Source of the DNA: an uncultured Chromatiaceae bacterium
GTDB lineage: Bacteria > Pseudomonadota > Gammaproteobacteria > Steroidobacterales > GCA-2729495
Direction of reading: 5' to 3'
NCBI GenBank assembly: GCA_964415505.1
Contig: CAYQAR010000001.1
Span: 17,908 to 81,907, forward strand
DNA length: 64,000 nt
The position numbers and the translations under genes were made by a program. A model generated the notes under the pieces. That model ran no database searches and was not told where the DNA came from. It saw only the letters and a program-made list of their open reading frames with translations. Shown here piece after piece: positions 60,188 to 64,000 of this stretch. Numbering within the stretch: position 1 is the stretch's first letter; the number at the start of each line of letters is the position of its first letter.

Positions 60188-61189
60188 TCAGTCCTGGTCC
60201 GGTCCGGGGGCGAAGGCCACCACCTGGCGAATCGAATCGAGGCCGAGCCCCGCCATCAGCAGCCGGTCGAAACCGACGGCGACACCACAACAGTCGGGGA
60301 GTCCCGCGGCGAGCGCCGCCAGCAGGGCCTCGTCGGGCACGGTGTCGGGACGACCGAGACTGCGCCGCCGCTCGCGATCGAGCGCAAAGCGCCGGCGTTG
60401 TTCGATGACGTCGCCGAGTTCGTGGTAGCCGTTGGCGAGTTCGATCCCGTCTAGGTAGATCTCGAAGCGGCGGGCGACGCGCGCATCGTCTGGCGCCAGC
60501 CGCGCGAGGGCTGCCTGGCTGGCGGGAAACCGGTCGATGACCACCAGCCCGCGCCGGCGCAGTGCCGGTTCCACGATGGCGACGATCAGCAGGTCGAGCC
60601 AGGCATCGCGGTCGTCGCCGAGCCCCTGTGCGAGACCAGCGTCGAGTTGCGCCCCGAGCAGGGCCTGCGCCCGGTCGCGGATCGCCACGACCGGCGCCTC
60701 GAGGGCATCGATGCCGGCGAACTCCTGCAGCAGCCCGGCGTAGCTGCACAGGTCGGGCAGGGGCAGGGTGCGCCCGAGCGCGGCCGCCACGCTGCGCACG
60801 AAGTCGGTCGCTTCGGCGATGAAGGCGGCGTAATCGATGCCGCGCCGGTACCATTCCACCAGCGTGAACTCGGGCAGGTGGCGGGCACCGGACTCGCCGT
60901 CACGGAACACCTTGCCGATCTGCCAGATGTCAGGCGCACCGGCGGCGAGCAGGCGCTTCATGTGGTACTCGGGCGAGGTGTGCAGGAAGAGGTCGCGAGC
61001 CGCAGAGCCGCCGAGGCTGACGCGGATGTTGGCGAGCTGCGGGTCGCTCACCGCATGGCTGACCAGGGCCGGTGTCTCGACCTCGAGCAGCCCGCGGGCG
61101 GCGAAGAACGCCCGCGCCGCCGCCAGCGCCTGCGCCCGCTGGCGCAGTACGCCGGGTGCGGCGAGCGGACGCCAGCGAGCGCCGCTCAC
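60188..61189 (-). CDS. epmA: EF-P lysine aminoacylase
   Basis: EVETP, TSPEYHMKRLLAAG, ELANGYHEL and GVAVGFDRL motifs; no anticodon-binding domain. Confidence 0.95.
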   Translation of the reverse strand: MSGARWRPLAAPGVLRQRAQALAAARAFFAARGLLEVETPALVSHAVSDPQLANIRVSLGGSAARDLFLHTSPEYHMKRLLAAGAPDIWQIGKVFRDGESGARHLPEFTLVEWYRRGIDYAAFIAEATDFVRSVAAALGRTLPLPDLCSYAGLLQEFAGIDALEAPVVAIRDRAQALLGAQLDAGLAQGLGDDRDAWLDLLIVAIVEPALRRRGLVVIDRFPASQAALARLAPDDARVARRFEIYLDGIELANGYHELGDVIEQRRRFALDRERRRSLGRPDTVPDEALLAALAAGLPDCCGVAVGFDRLLMAGLGLDSIRQVVAFAPGPDQD

Positions 61190-62055
61190 GGTGCCGTGAG
61201 GCGCCCGAGCGTCGCGCCGACCTTCACCGCCGCGCCGACGGTGAGACCGGCACGCCAGCCGGCCGCGCCACGCGGCAGCAGCACCACCACGGTCGAGCCC
61301 ATGTTGAACTGGCCGAGCAGGTCACCGCGCCCGAGGGTCATCCCGGGCGCCTCGGCGGCGTAGTCCCAGTGGTGCGGGCCGGCGGAGTGCCGAGGCAGCA
61401 CCTCGCCCGCCCAGGCGGTGGAGACACTGCCGACATTGAGCGCACCTACCAGCACGATGGCAAATGGCCCCCACGGCGCCACGCCGTGGCAGACCAGCCG
61501 CTCGTTGCGGCTGAACAGCCGGGGTATGCGCGCGGCGGTGACGGCATTCACCGACCAGAGCTCGCCGGGCACGTGCGTCATGCGGCGGATGCGTCCGGCC
61601 ACCGGCATGTGCACGCGGTGGTAGTTCCATGGCGCGAGGTAGATGGTGATGAACAGCCCATCGTGGAATGCCGCCGCAGCCGCTACATCGCCGAGGAGTT
61701 CGCCGGCGTCGTAGTCGCAGCCCTTGACCTGCAGCAGGGCCGCACCGCACAGCGTGCCGACCTGCTGGACGACGCCGTCGGCGGGGCTGGCGATGGCGGC
61801 CGGATCAGGATCCGCCGGCCGGGCTCCCGGCCTCAGTGCGCGCGTGAAGAAGGCATTGAAGCTCGGGTAGCCGCCGGGCAGTGGCAGGGCCTCGGCGAGA
61901 TCCACCGCGTACAGCCGCGTGAAGCCGCGGATCAGCAGGTCGCGCAGCAGCGGCCGGGTGCTGCGCGTGGCGCGGTACACGCAGCGGCCGAGGAACCGTG
62001 CCGGCAGCAGGCGCTGCAGGACGATGAACAGGTTTTCGCGCAGTTGCTTGAGCAC
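61186..62055 (-). CDS. psd: Phosphatidylserine decarboxylase
   Basis: FNAFFTR, SPADG, YHRVHMP and FNMGST cleavage motif. Confidence 0.95.
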   Translation of the reverse strand: MLKQLRENLFIVLQRLLPARFLGRCVYRATRSTRPLLRDLLIRGFTRLYAVDLAEALPLPGGYPSFNAFFTRALRPGARPADPDPAAIASPADGVVQQVGTLCGAALLQVKGCDYDAGELLGDVAAAAAFHDGLFITIYLAPWNYHRVHMPVAGRIRRMTHVPGELWSVNAVTAARIPRLFSRNERLVCHGVAPWGPFAIVLVGALNVGSVSTAWAGEVLPRHSAGPHHWDYAAEAPGMTLGRGDLLGQFNMGSTVVVLLPRGAAGWRAGLTVGAAVKVGATLGRLTAP

Positions 62056-62120
62056 GGCAGGCCGGGTGCGCAGTCACGCTAGACTTGGGGCCGTCATTCT
62101 ACACAGGGGTCTGCATCGCC

Positions 62121-63032
62121 ATGTCCGCCAATGCCGCAACGGTCGGCGAGCTGCTGCACCGGGCTGCCGCCGAGTTCGAGGCGGCCGGTATTGTCTTTGC
62201 CCATGGTGTCGCGGACGGCCGCGACGAGGCTGCTGCGATCATCTACCACGTCCTCGGCCTGCGGCACGACGACCCGTCGGCGTACGGGCGCCGGCTCTCG
62301 GGCGACGAGCGGCAGCGCTGCGAAGCGCTGCTCGCCCGGCGTATCGTCGAGCGCCAGCCGGCGGCGTACCTGCTCGGGGAGACGTGGTTCGCCGGGCTGC
62401 CGTTCTGCGTGGACCGGCGCGTGCTCGTACCACGCTCGCCGTTTGCCGAGCTGATCGAAACGCGCTTCGCTCCCTGGCTGGTGCTGCCTGACCAGCCGCG
62501 CATCCTGGAACTCGGCACCGGCAGCGGCTGCATCGCCATCGCCTGCGCCCTGACGTTCCCGGGCAGCGAAGTGCTGGCGACCGACATTTCTGCCGACGCG
62601 CTGGCGGTGGCGCGGCGCAATGTGGAGCGCCACGGCGCCGGCGGCCAGGTGCGCTTGCTGCAGGCCGACCTCTTCAACGGCGTGGCCGGGCGCTTCGACC
62701 TGATCATCAGCAATCCGCCGTACGTGCCCGATGGTGACCTCGTCGACATGCCGGCCGAGTTCGGCTGGGAGCCGCTCGGTGCGCTCGCCGGCGGCACCGA
62801 CGGACTCGACCTCGTGCGCCGGATCGTGGGCGGCGCCGGCGCTTTCCTGTCCCCGGGCGGCTGGCTCGCGGTGGAGGTCGGTGGCGGCATCGCCGCCCTC
62901 GAGGCGGCGTTCCCGCGCGTGCCCTTCACCTGGCCGGAGTTCGAGCGTGGTGGCGACGGGATTGCGCTGGTGGCGGCCGGCGACCTGCCGGGGGACAATG
63001 CGCCACCCGGGTGCGGTGCCCGGGACGAGTAG
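62121..63032 (+). CDS. prmB: Ribosomal protein L3 N5-glutamine methyltransferase
   Basis: [33 protein letters not shown] and [10 protein letters not shown] motifs. Confidence 0.93.
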   Translation: MSANAATVGELLHRAAAEFEAAGIVFAHGVADGRDEAAAIIYHVLGLRHDDPSAYGRRLSGDERQRCEALLARRIVERQPAAYLLGETWFAGLPFCVDRRVLVPRSPFAELIETRFAPWLVLPDQPRILELGTGSGCIAIACALTFPGSEVLATDISADALAVARRNVERHGAGGQVRLLQADLFNGVAGRFDLIISNPPYVPDGDLVDMPAEFGWEPLGALAGGTDGLDLVRRIVGGAGAFLSPGGWLAVEVGGGIAALEAAFPRVPFTWPEFERGGDGIALVAAGDLPGDNAPPGCGARDE

Positions 63033-63040
63033 GACGCGAT

Positions 63041-64000
63041 ATGGCCGGCAATACCCTGGGCAAGGCATTCACGGTCACGACCTTCGGCGAGAGCCACGGG
63101 CCCGGGCTCGGTGCCATCGTCGATGGCTGTCCGCCGGGGCTGGTCCTGTCCGAGGACGACATCCAGCGCGACCTGGAGCGGCGTCGGCCCGGCCGGTCGC
63201 GGCACACAACCCAGCGCCAGGAGCCCGACCGCGTGCGCATCATGTCCGGCGTGTTCGAGGGCGTGACCACGGGCACGCCGATCGGCCTGCTGGTGGAGAA
63301 TGTCGACCAGCGTTCGAAGGACTACTCGGCCATCAAGGACAAGTTCCGGCCCGGCCACGCCGACTTCACCTACCAGCAGAAGTACGGCATCCGCGACTAC
63401 CGCGGCGGTGGCCGTTCCTCGGCGCGCGAGACGGTGATGCGCGTGGCGGCGGGCGCGATCGCGCGCAAGTACCTGCGCGAGCGGCTCGGCGTGGAAATCT
63501 GGGCCTACCTCGCCCAGCTCGGCCCGCTGCGCCTCGGGGTCACCGACCGCGCGGCGATCGACGACAATCTGTTCTTCTGCGCCGAGCCCACGCGCGTGGC
63601 CGAGCTCGAGGCTTTCATGGACGCGTTGCGCCAGGAGGGCGACTCGATCGGCGCCCGCATCAACGTGGTGGTGCAGGGCATGCCGGTGGGACTCGGCGAA
63701 CCGGTGTTCGCCAAACTCGACGCCGAGATCGCCCACGCGATGATGGGGATCAACGCAGTCAAGGGCGTGGAACTCGGCGATGGTTTCGCCGTGGTGGAGC
63801 AGCGCGGCTCGCAGCATCGCGACGAAATCGTGCCCGGCGGCTTTCGCAAGAATTCTGCCGGCGGCACGCTCGGCGGTATTTCCTCGGGCCAGGACCTGCT
63901 GGTGAGCATCGCGCTCAAGCCCACCTCGAGCATCCGCCTGCCGGGTGCGACCGTGGATCAGGGTGGCACCGCCACCGGAATCGTCACCACCGGGCGGCAC
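63041..64000 (+). CDS. aroC: Chorismate synthase, partial (runs off window)
   Basis: MAGNTLG, TFGESHG, RPGHAD and [13 protein letters not shown] motifs; absent from ORF track because there is no stop in the window. Confidence 0.97.
   Translation, partial: MAGNTLGKAFTVTTFGESHGPGLGAIVDGCPPGLVLSEDDIQRDLERRRPGRSRHTTQRQEPDRVRIMSGVFEGVTTGTPIGLLVENVDQRSKDYSAIKDKFRPGHADFTYQQKYGIRDYRGGGRSSARETVMRVAAGAIARKYLRERLGVEIWAYLAQLGPLRLGVTDRAAIDDNLFFCAEPTRVAELEAFMDALRQEGDSIGARINVVVQGMPVGLGEPVFAKLDAEIAHAMMGINAVKGVELGDGFAVVEQRGSQHRDEIVPGGFRKNSAGGTLGGISSGQDLLVSIALKPTSSIRLPGATVDQGGTATGIVTTGRH

Overview
High-GC gammaproteobacterial chromosomal window (inferred from gene content and order) with two parts. (1) An accessory region, 1-~18.6 kb. 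Its left end carries two diverged copies of a guaA-3'-end-like attachment sequence ((I/V)-E-W-E-stop, each ~70 bp after paired GACGGT-type motifs). It also holds the end of an AAA/DUF4143-type ATPase, two toxin-antitoxin pairs (PIN/ribbon-helix-helix and HigBA), a PASTA-esterase fusion, a K+ channel, three VP(L/V)P-CTERM surface proteins, a mycobacterial FadD5-like acyl-CoA ligase, outer-membrane and lipoprotein genes, a GabP-like permease, a GntR/FCD regulator, several gene fragments and an AT-rich MITE-like 38-bp perfect inverted repeat. (2) Mostly core genome, ~18.6-64 kb: tadA, mltF, tRNA-Ser(CGA), def, feoAB, an orphan TagH-like FHA gene, purL, ettA, an AcuC/HDAC-family gene, glyA, nrdR-ribD-ribE-ribB(X)-ribH-nusB-thiL-pgpA, a Ser/Thr kinase-cNMP fusion, xseB, rubrerythrin/Fe-S protein/DUF3501, parEC, FimV- and FimX-like genes, efp, epmA, psd, prmB and partial aroC. 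No CRISPR array, rRNA, integrase or transposase was seen. All family calls come from motif recognition by eye; no database searches were run.
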